Shown: positions 53,039 to 63,255 of the stretch, piece by piece
Layout: each line of letters begins with the position of its first letter
Numbering within the stretch: position 1 is the stretch's first letter
NCBI GenBank assembly: GCA_965222225.1
Contig: CBDCTK010000002.1
Span: 5,376,001 to 5,440,000 of the forward strand
Length of the DNA stretch: 64,000 nucleotides
Reading direction: 5' to 3'
Source: Candidatus Poribacteria bacterium
GTDB taxonomy: Bacteria; Poribacteria; WGA-4E; JAJDTR01
Program-made: the position numbers and the translations under genes
The notes under the pieces: generated by a model
What the model was told of the DNA's origin: nothing
What the model saw: only the letters and a program-made list of their open reading frames with translations
Database searches by the model: none

Positions 53039-54172
53039 ATGAACGATTCAATCATCAATCGAATTGAATGGACGCGCCTGACCGGAACGAGACCGCGAAA
53101 CGCCGGCTGCAACTCACGTCTGGGAGGGCATGGAATACACGTTAGACCGGGCATTGCTCGCGTTACTGCCGAAAATGGAGCAACTGGCTTTGGTTGGTCG
53201 TCGTTGTCCAAAGAATATGCGGAGTCGCTGATCGGCTTTAAGCTTTGTGAGATCTTTAATCTACAATGCGGGGTTGACGCACGGTTTCGCGCGCTTGAAT
53301 ATCCGCTCTGGGACCTGGCGGGACAGCTTGCCGGCAAACCCGTGTACGCCCTCTTGGGAGGCCAACCCGACAACGAAGGAATCTTTCGTGTGCCTTGCTA
53401 CGATACGTCATTGTACATTGACGACCTTCACCTTGAAGACGACAATGAAGCGGCGGCACTAATTGCGTCGGAAGCCTTGGAAGGAGTAGCGCGGGGGCAC
53501 ACGGCATTCAAGATTAAGGTCGGACGTGGTGCCATGCACATGCCCCTTGAGAAAGGGATGGCGAGAGATATCCGCGTCATATACGCTGTTCGCGAAGCTG
53601 TGGGCACAGACGCGACCATCCTGATAGATGCCAACAACGGATATAATTTGAGTTTGACGAAACGCGTATTAGGTGAGACCGCGGATGCTAACGTGTACTG
53701 GATGGAGGAAGCCTTCCATGAAGATCCGAAATTCTACGCGAGCCTGCGCGAATGGCTAGACGCGGAAGGGTTGGAGACACGCATCGCTGATGGAGAGGGT
53801 GATGCATCGCCTAGCTTGGTTAATTGGGCGCGAGAGGGCTTGATTGACATCATTCAATACGACATTTTCAATCCCGGCTTCACCCACTGGCTGCAACTTG
53901 GTCCTCAACTTGACGAATGGGAGATTGGCACCGCGCCCCACCATTACGGTGGTCATTACGGCAACTACGCTGCAGCTCACTTGGCAGCCAAGGTCCGGCG
54001 CTTTGAATTCGTCGAATGGGATGAGGCGTTAACCCCCGGTTTGGATGCCTCTGACTACGGAGTCTCTGACGGACACGTCAATGTTCCCGGCACCCCCGGA
54101 TTCGGTCTTAGGTTAGATGAAGACGTTTTTACCAAATCTGTTGCCACCGACGGCTTTGTAATTAGCCGATAA
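53039..54172 (+). CDS. mandelate racemase/muconate-lactonising enzyme family protein
   Basis: LWDLAG...GKPVYALLGG, FKIKVG, IDANN, WMEE, ADGE, PGFGL. Confidence 0.92.
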   Translation: MNDSIINRIEWTRLTGTRPRNAGCNSRLGGHGIHVRPGIARVTAENGATGFGWSSLSKEYAESLIGFKLCEIFNLQCGVDARFRALEYPLWDLAGQLAGKPVYALLGGQPDNEGIFRVPCYDTSLYIDDLHLEDDNEAAALIASEALEGVARGHTAFKIKVGRGAMHMPLEKGMARDIRVIYAVREAVGTDATILIDANNGYNLSLTKRVLGETADANVYWMEEAFHEDPKFYASLREWLDAEGLETRIADGEGDASPSLVNWAREGLIDIIQYDIFNPGFTHWLQLGPQLDEWEIGTAPHHYGGHYGNYAAAHLAAKVRRFEFVEWDEALTPGLDASDYGVSDGHVNVPGTPGFGLRLDEDVFTKSVATDGFVISR

Positions 54173-54301
54173 ATCCGGATGTTTCTCCTTAGAACTTGTT
54201 TGAAGATTCATTTTTGGTAGCGCCATTCGCCCTGAAACCGACTGTTTGTCAGCACTCTTGTAGGGTGCGCACTGCGCACTAGCCTTTGGAAGCCGGCGTC
54301 A

Positions 54302-54371
54302 GATCAAACGAGATCAAGTGAGCGAACAGCGAGCGATCAAGCGACTGAACAAGGAGTGCGATAGAAATCCC
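54302..54371 (+). repeat. two 5' fragments plus a complete hairpin unit
   Basis: GATCAA ACGA GATCAA ... GATCAA ... GCGATAG AAATCCC. Confidence 0.88.
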
Positions 54372-54473
54372 TCTCGATCATCAAATCAAGATGAAATCTC
54401 CTAAGGGGTTGGGCTTTCATCGCACTATTGATGCTTCCCCTGTATTCCTAACCACTAACCACTGTCTTACCTG

Positions 54474-54899
54474 TTATTCCAAGCCGAGATGATTCATGTA
54501 TCCTAGCATCTTCGTTTCGACCTGCTGAGCAATCGGTTCCAACGTTTCAGAATCGACCGTGGTCTGCTGAATCCTCTCATCAATATTCGTCTGTAGACAG
54601 TAGTTCAGATTCTCTCGCATATCGTGCATCGCCTGCCCAATGTGATCCCTGACAGATCCGGGAAGGTAATTCCACTGCCGCGCTTTGGTTTGCCTTAAGT
54701 TAATATGGCAATGTCCTTTTCCCTTTTTATCGTTTTCTCCCCCGAAACAGTCGAGTCGAAAAACCTCCTGATCGTAGGCATAGATGGATATTGCGGGGCC
54801 ATAACCAGCCCGATCATCCCGCCAGTAAACTTCTAGACGGACGTTGTCCTGTATCTGATATTCAACCAGATCGTGTCTGCCCTGTTGTTCCGGAGCCAT
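54474..54899 (-). CDS. hypothetical protein
   Basis: aaaggaga RBS before ATG 54899; globular composition (VFRLDCFG, GHCH). Confidence 0.7.
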   Translation of the reverse strand: MAPEQQGRHDLVEYQIQDNVRLEVYWRDDRAGYGPAISIYAYDQEVFRLDCFGGENDKKGKGHCHINLRQTKARQWNYLPGSVRDHIGQAMHDMRENLNYCLQTNIDERIQQTTVDSETLEPIAQQVETKMLGYMNHLGLE

Positions 54900-55013
54900 C
54901 TTTAATCTCCTTTCAAATGTACAGTATACAAAGCACTGCACGAGATTCCAAGAATCCCAATGCATTAACTCTGGGAGTATGTCAACTCGCTGCAACAACT
55001 CCAGTGTACCACG

Positions 55014-55745
55014 TTACAGGAACACGTTCACCCCCATATCAATATATCTATCGCGATCTTCCGGTGCGACGCCGCGAAGGCAGATTGAAACGCCGCTACC
55101 CTTAAGCTGATCGCCAACGTGGCGCACAATCTCGTCTGATAAGAGGTGATGAGCAGATGAAGGTAGACTCAACGGATGGTGCGGGTAAGTGCCAAGGTTG
55201 ATAGTCAAATCCGCAGGACCGAAAGAAATACAGTCAACCCCCGCTTTGGCGAATTTCCTTGCATTCGTGACTGCATTGATGGACTCCACCTGTAACAAGA
55301 GTATACAAGTTTCATTCCACCAATTGGCATACTCGACACGGTCTCGGTCCGGCGTGAAGCCAAATCCGTAGGCGGGTCCCCAACTGCGCTTGCCGACTGG
55401 TGGGTAATACAGGGCATCCAGCGCTTCATCGACCATAGCTTCCGTTTCCACTTGTGGCACCTCAAAGCCCGTGGGGCCCAGATCCGCCCAGTTTCCAATC
55501 TGGTAGGCTAGACGTGTGTTCTTTATCCGAAACAGAACCGGGACGTTGTATTCCTCGGCAAGGTTACAAAAGGGAATGAGTCGTTCCTCCTTAAACGGAG
55601 CGTGTTGGCTATCGCACTGCAACAGATCGAACCCGCCTGCTTCTAACGTAGCCCTAATGTCGGCGGGGTCTGATGCTAGTCCCGTTTTCCCGCAGATAAT
55701 AACCTCCCCATCGTGCATCCGCTGTTTCACATTCTTTTCTGCCAT
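55014..55745 (-). CDS. HpcH/HpaI aldolase family protein
   Basis: GFD....DSQHAP, VPQVET, YYPPVGKRSWG, LQVES, FGPADL. Confidence 0.9.
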   Translation of the reverse strand: MAEKNVKQRMHDGEVIICGKTGLASDPADIRATLEAGGFDLLQCDSQHAPFKEERLIPFCNLAEEYNVPVLFRIKNTRLAYQIGNWADLGPTGFEVPQVETEAMVDEALDALYYPPVGKRSWGPAYGFGFTPDRDRVEYANWWNETCILLLQVESINAVTNARKFAKAGVDCISFGPADLTINLGTYPHHPLSLPSSAHHLLSDEIVRHVGDQLKGSGVSICLRGVAPEDRDRYIDMGVNVFL

Positions 55746-56430
55746 TTAATGCATCCTTTCAGTTTGAGCCTATACGCTGACCTCAAGAAGTAGACCACTG
55801 TCGCAGTCTCATTCTACCAAAATTCGGGACGATTGTCCACGATTTTTCCGAACCCTGTCACGCGCTGACACTAGAAGACGCATTCTGTTCATTGATGCAT
55901 GCTCAGACAGGCATATCGAGCCATTGATTAAGTCAGCCAAATGAAGTAAAATCAGGTTTACACATTTCGGTTGGTAGTAGCATCTTCTTTAGCCCCTTGT
56001 AGGAACAATTTCCCGATCGCGACTCCTGAAGGGTGAGATTTTCAAAAACGACCAAAATGACGCTGTCGCCTGTTGTGTAAACTCGCTCTAAACGATGTCT
56101 TCCCAAACATAAATCTAAAAACTCAATTGTTCTGAATGGCAACCACGGTTTCATACCAACATTTCATACCAACGTCTCATTAGCTTTGATGTCAAAACAG
56201 CGTATAATCCAGTCATAGAAAGGGTTTACGTGCTTTTCTATCGCTATTGAAAATCCCCATTTTGGTATGAAAAGTATGAAAAGTATGAAATTTTCCGGGA
56301 CGGCTAAACAGCGTTTTTCGAGTAGTACCTAGGGATTTCAAACAGGTTCTAAATGTCGTCGTTATAGAGATGCGGATTTTGAGATATTACGAAGAAAGTG
56401 TAAGATCGACTTTGTACATTTTTAGGGTGG

Positions 56431-56691
56431 AATCAAGCGAACGGATAGTGAGTGCGATAGGAATCCCCTGTCCACCATTTCTTGTAGGGTGTGCATTGCG
56501 ATCAAGTGACCGAATAGGGAACGCGATAGAGATCTTACCAGCCTCTAAAAGCCCCAGAGGGGATCAAACGAACGGATAGTGAGTGTGATAGCGATTCCAC
56601 AGGTATATAGCAGGCAACTACAAAAACATGAAAACACCCCTTTCTCAAATTACTGGAAATAGATTTGCCGCCTATTATTCAAACAGGTTCT
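56431..56691 (+). mobile_element. three separate hairpin units (56431, 56500, 56562) in adjacent palindromes, ending in the MITE right end
   Basis: Units interrupt GGGTGG/TCCACC, GTAGGGTGTGCATTGCG and AAGCCCCAGAGGG; TTCAAACAGGTTCT at 56678-56691. Confidence 0.8.
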
Positions 56692-56703
56692 GAAGGAGAT
56701 AAT

Positions 56704-57771
56704 ATGGACGAAAAATCAATTGAACTACTTAAAGAATTGACCCAAGCCGCCGGAATCCCCGGACATGAAACCGAAGTACAAGCGATTTTCCAATCCCGGC
56801 TGGCTAATGTTGGCGCTATCGACAGAGATCGGTTGGGAAGCATTATCTGTACCAAACGCGGGGATGCCGACAAGCCTCGCATTCTTCTCGATTCTCATCT
56901 TGATGAGGTCGGTTTTATCGTGCAACGCGTGACAGATTCCGGGTATGTGAAATTCCTTCCGGTAGGCGGATGGTGGGCGCATACTTTACTTGCCCAACGG
57001 GTGAATATCTTGACCAAACACGGAAAAGTTCCCGGGATCATCGGCTCCATCCCGCCTCACCTCCTGGGTGCCGGTTCGCGTGAGAAGGTCATGGAAATTC
57101 AGAACCTCTTTATTGATATCGGGGCAGAAAGTGACAATCAGGCTTCCGAAGAATTTGGCGTAGTGCCCGGATGTCCAATCGTTCCGTACGGCCCCTTTAT
57201 GCCGATGAAGAATCCGAAACTATTTTCGGCAAAAGCGTTTGATAACCGCGTCGGGGTGGCGCTTGTGATTCAAGCTCTGCTAAAACTCGGTAAACACCCG
57301 AACACGGTAATTGGCGCCGGCAGCGCACAAGAAGAGGTGGGGTTGCGCGGAGCACGCACAGTGGCGCAGATAGTCCAACCCGATGTCGCCATAGTCTTGG
57401 AAGGCCCCCCGGCGGACGATACCCCCGGTACGGATAGTGACGCCGTGCAGGGAAAACTTGGAGCCGGCGTACAGATTCGGCTGTACGACCCGACGATGAT
57501 TCCTAACCCCCGGCTATGTGAGTTCGTCATTGAGACCGCGAAGTCGCATCAAATTCCCCATCAACTTGCCGTGCGTCAATCCGGTGGAACTGATGCGGGC
57601 TCGATTCACCAAGACGGACGTGGCGTATTGTCAATTGTATTGGGCGTACCCGCACGTTATGTTCATAGCCACGTGTCAATCATCAATAGCGACGACTATT
57701 CTGCGGCGCTGGATTTACTTCTGCATTTGGTTCCCAAACTTGACGAAAATACCGTGGCTGCACTCATATAA
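56704..57771 (+). CDS. M42 family metallopeptidase
   Basis: GIPGHE, SHLDEVG, KAFDNR, QEEVGLRGA, GGTDAG, RYVHS; aaggag RBS before ATG 56704. Confidence 0.95.
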   Translation: MDEKSIELLKELTQAAGIPGHETEVQAIFQSRLANVGAIDRDRLGSIICTKRGDADKPRILLDSHLDEVGFIVQRVTDSGYVKFLPVGGWWAHTLLAQRVNILTKHGKVPGIIGSIPPHLLGAGSREKVMEIQNLFIDIGAESDNQASEEFGVVPGCPIVPYGPFMPMKNPKLFSAKAFDNRVGVALVIQALLKLGKHPNTVIGAGSAQEEVGLRGARTVAQIVQPDVAIVLEGPPADDTPGTDSDAVQGKLGAGVQIRLYDPTMIPNPRLCEFVIETAKSHQIPHQLAVRQSGGTDAGSIHQDGRGVLSIVLGVPARYVHSHVSIINSDDYSAALDLLLHLVPKLDENTVAALI

Positions 57772-58095
57772 AGATCGATGCAGAGAAACCGAGTTTTTTC
57801 CCGAAAACTCGGTTTTTGCAATAGTTACCCTTGTAAGGTGTAATCGGTGATTGTCAGATCGCCGATTCCCGCCTCTTATTGCACGCTAGCCTTTCGCTAT
57901 TAACCTCTTGCCCGACGCACATTGTCGACCGTTGCGATCTGCCATCCTGTCCATTAAGGTTTTCTTCCTCTGATTTATCCTCTCATACATTGCTCATTAT
58001 TTCCTTGTATCACCAAATCTAACCACCATTCCGTCCTGCCTCCATTCCAACCTTCCTTCTCGCCGCTCTTCCACCCTTCCAATCTTCCTGTCACC

Positions 58096-59985
58096 TCATT
58101 CCACGACCATCAGCCTCCGCGTGTGTCTTTCCCCTGATGCCTCCAACACATAAAAATAAACGCCACTCGACACTGGTTCATTGTTCAGATTACGTCCGTT
58201 CCAATACACCGCATCGGATTTCGCCGAATAATTCCCAACCGGAAGTTCCCCCTTTGCAATACTATGAATCGAACTTCCTCGCAAATCGTAAATGCGAAGC
58301 GTCACCCGACTCGGTTGTATCAGTCTGAATGGGATCCAAGTCTCCGCGTTGAACGGGTTTGGATAGTTTTGCAATAAGACGCCGCGTTTTAAGCCGCCTA
58401 CTGTAACGGGCAACGAGTTGGGAGGGAGTTTAACACCGCTAGGTTCAGGCATACCGGTTTCCCCAAACTGCGCCAATAATGCCTCAAAAGCGGTGCGGCT
58501 ACGGATAATGCCGTATCCAACCGCGTTATCTGGTGCGCGCGATTGAGAGGCAGTCGATCGAACCGCGTTGGCGATATCCCGAGGTGTAGCGAGAGGGAAC
58601 GCCTGCATCAATAGCGCAACCACTCCCGTGCCTAGGGGCGCGGATGCCGAGGTTCCACGGTGGGTATGGGCGAAACGGTTTCGCGTCTGCGGATTGATGC
58701 CTGTTACGCCGAGCCCCATAGCGACGAGGTCAGGCTTTATCCGTCCGTCAAATGTTGGTCCACGTGAACTGAATCGCAAATTCCTACCATGACGGTCAAC
58801 CGATCCGATAGCAAGCACATCGAACCCGTCTGCCGGTACACTAATGCGTCCGCCCAAACCCAAATCTCCTAAGGGCTGATCCCCCAAATTTCCTGTTGCA
58901 ACAATTACGGATATTCCCTTCTCTACCGCGAGATTAGCGGCAATCGTTAGTTTTGAGGTTTTCCCGTCAAGGTCTTCAAAGCGGTACCATTTCGAGTAAC
59001 CGAGCGAGCTGCTAATGATTTCAGCGCCCATCTGTTCTGCCCATTCCAGCCCCTCTATCCACCAGTCTTCTTCGATTAAGTGTTCAAATTCCTGCCCGTT
59101 TTGGGAGACCTTTTCTGTCTTGGCAAGTAGATAGCTGGCACGGTATGCAACCCCCATCAAAGTTCCCGGTGCGTTTGCCGCAAGTATGCCAAGAACAACC
59201 GAACCGTGGTCATCTTCCCCGGGATCGTCTTGCCCAATTTCATCAGCCGGATTGTTGTCATTGTTGACAAAATCGTACTGAGCAAGAACGTCTACGGGCT
59301 GAAGTGCCGTGTGGTCTAAGCTGAATCCCGTGTCTAGCAGACCAATTACGATTCCGTCTCCGGAGAATCCCGACTCGTGCAGAAAGTTGGCTTGAATCTG
59401 TTCAATCTGCGTTCGCGAGTTTCCGTAGTTCAAGGGTGCTAATCCGGGTGGGGCTTCTTGAGACGAGGAATACCATAATGAGTCCGAGCGTTGAGATGTG
59501 CTTCTATAGATCTCAATCGGATCAATCGCGAGGACAAAGGGCAGACAGGCTATCTTGGAAATCTCAGTGGGCGTTGTCTCAATCGAAATTGCGTTGAGCC
59601 ATCGACTCTTGGCGCGCAATCTTCCGCCTATTTTAAGCACAGCATCAGTGTACGGAGTTGAGACAGGGAGATCGGTAATGTCGGGAAAGGGAAGGCGTGT
59701 CCGGCGAAGACGACGGCGTTTGGAGCGCGTAGACATTTGGGTTTCGTACGCTTCCAGTGCCGTTTGCAACTGATTTTTCGTCGCAATTCCTTTGTCTTTG
59801 AAAAGTACCCACACCTTCAGTTTTTCGTGGATATCAGCACCAAGAAGCCGACTAGAGATTTTGGCGAGCCCTACAGGTGAACCATCGGCGGGATGGGCAG
59901 GTAAATCGAAACAAAGCGTTGCTAAGAAGCAGAGCAGCAACGCGATAAATGCTTTCACGGGAGCAACATATTGTGTCAGCCACAT
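58096..59985 (-). CDS. secreted S8 subtilisin-like peptidase with C-terminal T9SS/FlgD-like domain
   Basis: LDTG, HGS, GTSASAP catalytic triad; LLQNYPNPFNAETWIPF, WNGRN, SSGVYFY. Confidence 0.93.
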   Translation of the reverse strand: MWLTQYVAPVKAFIALLLCFLATLCFDLPAHPADGSPVGLAKISSRLLGADIHEKLKVWVLFKDKGIATKNQLQTALEAYETQMSTRSKRRRLRRTRLPFPDITDLPVSTPYTDAVLKIGGRLRAKSRWLNAISIETTPTEISKIACLPFVLAIDPIEIYRSTSQRSDSLWYSSSQEAPPGLAPLNYGNSRTQIEQIQANFLHESGFSGDGIVIGLLDTGFSLDHTALQPVDVLAQYDFVNNDNNPADEIGQDDPGEDDHGSVVLGILAANAPGTLMGVAYRASYLLAKTEKVSQNGQEFEHLIEEDWWIEGLEWAEQMGAEIISSSLGYSKWYRFEDLDGKTSKLTIAANLAVEKGISVIVATGNLGDQPLGDLGLGGRISVPADGFDVLAIGSVDRHGRNLRFSSRGPTFDGRIKPDLVAMGLGVTGINPQTRNRFAHTHRGTSASAPLGTGVVALLMQAFPLATPRDIANAVRSTASQSRAPDNAVGYGIIRSRTAFEALLAQFGETGMPEPSGVKLPPNSLPVTVGGLKRGVLLQNYPNPFNAETWIPFRLIQPSRVTLRIYDLRGSSIHSIAKGELPVGNYSAKSDAVYWNGRNLNNEPVSSGVYFYVLEASGERHTRRLMVVE

Positions 59986-60065
59986 TTCCCATTTCCTTCA
60001 TTGATCGATGCACAAGCGCACTCGGAATATATCAAAGCAGTTATCCCAGTGTCAAGATTTTTCCA

Positions 60066-60172
60066 GATCAATCAACCGGATAGGGAACGCGATAGAAATC
60101 TCGGCGCGATGAATCTGATGAATCTCTAGTGCGATAGGGGGGTTGTAGCAACTGCGATAGAAATTCTCATAG
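60066..60172 (+). repeat. degenerate hairpin-unit fragments
   Basis: GATCAATCAACCGGATAGGGAAC GCGATAG AAATCTC plus two further GCGATAG tails. Confidence 0.7.
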
Positions 60173-60362
60173 ACACCTCTGCAACCGAAAATTAGATGCG
60201 AGTGTCCGGTTCCCTCCACAGATTGCTGTTGACCGTGAGACGAAAATCGGATAAAATGTTGCCGTCCGAGGTAAATGACAAAGCCCACCGAACGATCGTT
60301 TCAGACTAGGTCGATTGGCCCCTCCTTAGACTATAATGTCATCAAGAGAGGAGAGTAGAGAG

Positions 60363-61344
60363 ATGAGATTTGCCATACATCTCGGTTATCGCTATACACG
60401 GGAGGTAATGAGACTCGTAAAACAGATAGGTTGTACCGATGTAATGGGTCACGGCCCGCCTACTCCCTCTATCGGCATAGAAGACACGGGTTCCGAAGTA
60501 TGGACGGTGGAAGACCTAATCAAGATGAAACGCCAAGTTGAAGCCCATGACTTAAGATTGGAAGTTCTTGAGCATTGCCCGCCAATTAACAAGATAATGC
60601 TGAACCTAGAGGGTCGGGAAGAGCAACTGGAGATTTTCTGAAAATCGGTTGAAAATGTTGCTGAAGCCGGCATACACACCATCAACGCATCAAGTGCGGA
60701 ATGGGTCAATTGGGGATTGGTGGCTACGACCTCGTAAGATGAGATTAGAGGCGGTGCGACATCACGAGGCTTTGACTACGACCTGATAAAGGACATTCCG
60801 CAGTCCGAGCACGGCGAGGTGGGCGAAGAACGCACCCGGGGAAAATCTCTCATACTTGGTCAAGGGAGTTGTGCCTACCCTAGAGGCTACGGGGGTGCGA
60901 TTGGCATTTCATCCGTGTGACCCGCCTATTTCACCAACACAGGGATTCGCTAGACCACTGAGGAGTACCGAGACATTTGACCGACTTCTCAATATCGTGC
61001 CGACGACGGACAAGATTGGGCTCAATTTCTGCCAGGGGTGATTTGCTGAAATGGGGGAGGACATACCGACTGCTATCTGTCACTTTGTCGAGTGTGTCAA
61101 AATCTTTTTTGCCCACTTCAGGGATGTGGAAGGCGCGGTCCCTAGATATACCGAAGTCATGCATGATGATGGACCAACAGACATGTTCAAGACGATGCAA
61201 ACCTACTACGACGTGGGCTTCGAAGCACCTATGCGCCCCGATCACGGTGCCAATTTGGAAGAAGCAGAAGGAGGCACAATGGCGAAGATTTTTGCCATTG
61301 GATACATGCGCGGGCCTGCCGAAATTGTGGAGAAAACCCGCTGA
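60363..61344 (+). pseudogene. uxuA: mannonate dehydratase-like pseudogene
   Basis: RGGA, GVRLAFHPCDPP, GLNFCQG, IFFAHFRDV, MRPDH, FAIGYMRG; stops at 60639 and 61039 plus frameshifts. Confidence 0.8.
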
Positions 61345-61400
61345 GATGGAATGCGTGCGCATTACGAAAGAGAGGATTGTTCATTATTTTGTTACCTTTA

Positions 61401-61648
61401 ACCGTGTTTGAAAAGTACAGTTTGTAGGGTGCGCACTGCGCACCAGCTTCTAAAAGCCCCAGATGGGCGGAAGGTGTATAGAAACACCAAAACCCCGTGC
61501 ACCTCTAAGCCCCAGCGTGGGATCAAGGAAGCGAATAGCGACTGCGATAGAGATCCTACAGGTATGTAGCAGCCAACAATGAAAACATGAAAAAACTTTC
61601 TACAAATGACCAAAAATGGCTTTGCCACCGATTATTCAATCAGGCTCT
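61401..61648. mobile_element. MITE-like element, sister of 1229-1470, with an intact REP (61424-61444) and one hairpin unit (61521-61557)
   Basis: Right end TTCAATCAGGCTCT is the exact reverse complement of 1229-1242; TTAACCGTGTTTG repeated at 61398 and 61648. Confidence 0.7.
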
Positions 61649-61786
61649 TAACCGTGTTTGTGAAATACATCAGTCTTAATATTTTGTCCTCCACCAATCT
61701 GAATTCTAAACAGTTTGTACCGCACGAGTTGAGCGACTACTGCCTCTGTCACCACTATTCAAAAGCCTTATAGAGATTTCAGCCTT

Positions 61787-62992
61787 ATGGAACTTATGAC
61801 CATCAAACCCATCGTCATCGGCATGATTGGTGCCGGATTCGCTGCCTCCTTTCATGTTGAAAACTACAGGCGCATTCCGGGACTCAATATCCGAATTAAA
61901 GGTGTAACTTCAAAGTCCAAAGAAAAAGCAGCTGCCTTTGCGGAGAAACACAACCTTGAGGAAATCTACGATTCTTACGAGGCAATTCTGGCAGATCCCG
62001 AGATAGAGATTGTTGACCTCTGCGTCCCAAATTATTTGCACTATCCGTTGTCAATCCGAGCCGCTGAAGCCGGCAAACACATTATCTGTGAAAAGCCACT
62101 CACGGGCTATTTCGGCGACGGCAAAACGACACTCGTTGGTCACACCACGACCCGTCGCCAGATGTTCGAAGAGGCACTCAGAGCAGCGGACGAAGTAGTG
62201 GACGCCGTCACACGAAACGGGGTCACGTTCTGCTATGGCGAAAACTGGGTCTATGCGCCAAGCGTGACCAAAGCAAACGATATCCTCGCGCAGAGCGACA
62301 ACACAATACTACGCATTTCCGGCGAAGAATCACATAGCGGATCGCACTCGGAATACGCAAAGGAATGGTGCTATTCCGGCGGAGGTAGTCTTATCAATAA
62401 GGGATGCCATCCCCTCGGTGCTGCACTCTACCTAAAATATAGTGAAGGTCAACGGAAATACGGCAGCCCCATCAAGCCAAAGAGCGTCACGGCAGAAGTG
62501 GCGAATCTCACCCACATAAAGAGTTTCTTGGCAGAAGATGAAAAATGGGTGCGCGAAGGCTGGAAGGACTGCGAGGATTGGGCATCCATGATGATTACAT
62601 TCTCGGACGATTCAATCGCGCAAATTACGGCATCGGACATGGTGCTTGGGGGAATCCAAAACGTCATTTCAGTCTATTCCAGCAAAACGGTGGTACATTG
62701 CAACATCAACCCGAATACGGGCACCTTGACCTATGCGCCTAGCGACGACATCTTAGGGGATACGTACATCCGAGAAAAGGTTGAAACCCGCTCAGGATGG
62801 CAGTTTACCAACCCGGACGAGGATTGGATGAACGGTTTTCCTCATGAACTCCAAGACTTCTGCGAGTCGATTGCGTGTGGGCGACAACCCAAAAGCACCG
62901 TTGAATTGGGACGGGATATCGTTGCTGTCTGCTACGGGGCTTATATCTCGGCGGAAACAGGTGAACGCTTCTCACTGGCTGAGTGGATGTGA
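61787..62992 (+). CDS. Gfo/Idh/MocA family oxidoreductase
   Basis: GMIGAGF, AGKHIICEKP, YGENW.YAP, GGGSL...GCH. Confidence 0.92.
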   Translation: MELMTIKPIVIGMIGAGFAASFHVENYRRIPGLNIRIKGVTSKSKEKAAAFAEKHNLEEIYDSYEAILADPEIEIVDLCVPNYLHYPLSIRAAEAGKHIICEKPLTGYFGDGKTTLVGHTTTRRQMFEEALRAADEVVDAVTRNGVTFCYGENWVYAPSVTKANDILAQSDNTILRISGEESHSGSHSEYAKEWCYSGGGSLINKGCHPLGAALYLKYSEGQRKYGSPIKPKSVTAEVANLTHIKSFLAEDEKWVREGWKDCEDWASMMITFSDDSIAQITASDMVLGGIQNVISVYSSKTVVHCNINPNTGTLTYAPSDDILGDTYIREKVETRSGWQFTNPDEDWMNGFPHELQDFCESIACGRQPKSTVELGRDIVAVCYGAYISAETGERFSLAEWM

Positions 62993-63041
62993 TTCGGGCG
63001 ATAGAATCAAATGTATGTGCTTTATGAATTTTTCTTTGTTA

Positions 63042-63202
63042 GGACTTACGCATCTGAACTCCTAGAGATTCGCTGCAGGGTAGTTTATTTCCAGCTTCAA
63101 CGCTACAATCCCTGTAGGATCGATCTCCCGGTCGCGACCGTCTATGCGTGGCAGGGCAAGATCCCCTGCCTAACGAAGCGATTTCTGTTGCTGCGTACGT
63201 CC
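63042..63202. mobile_element. second MITE-like family, TA-flanked GGACTTACGCA...TGCGTACGTCC, with an internal GTAG REP
   Basis: Imperfect inverted ends with TA on both sides; left end recurs at about 32819 and 50969. Confidence 0.55.
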
Positions 63203-63255
63203 TATTTGTATAGAAAAGTATTTCACTGCGTAATTGAAAGCGAGCAGCAACACGA

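Noticed and set aside
56149-56290. TTTCATACCAAC x2 and GTATGAAAA x3 inverted/tandem repeats
   Set aside because: Single occurrence in the window and too short to assign; probably debris of another miniature element
1274-61557. Units as adapter, Sau3AI (GATC) or amplification-chimera artefacts
   Set aside because: Compensatory variation, decayed copies (10615, 14004, 60066), insertions shared between duplicated loci and avoidance of gene interiors argue for real genomic history; read-level confirmation is still desirable
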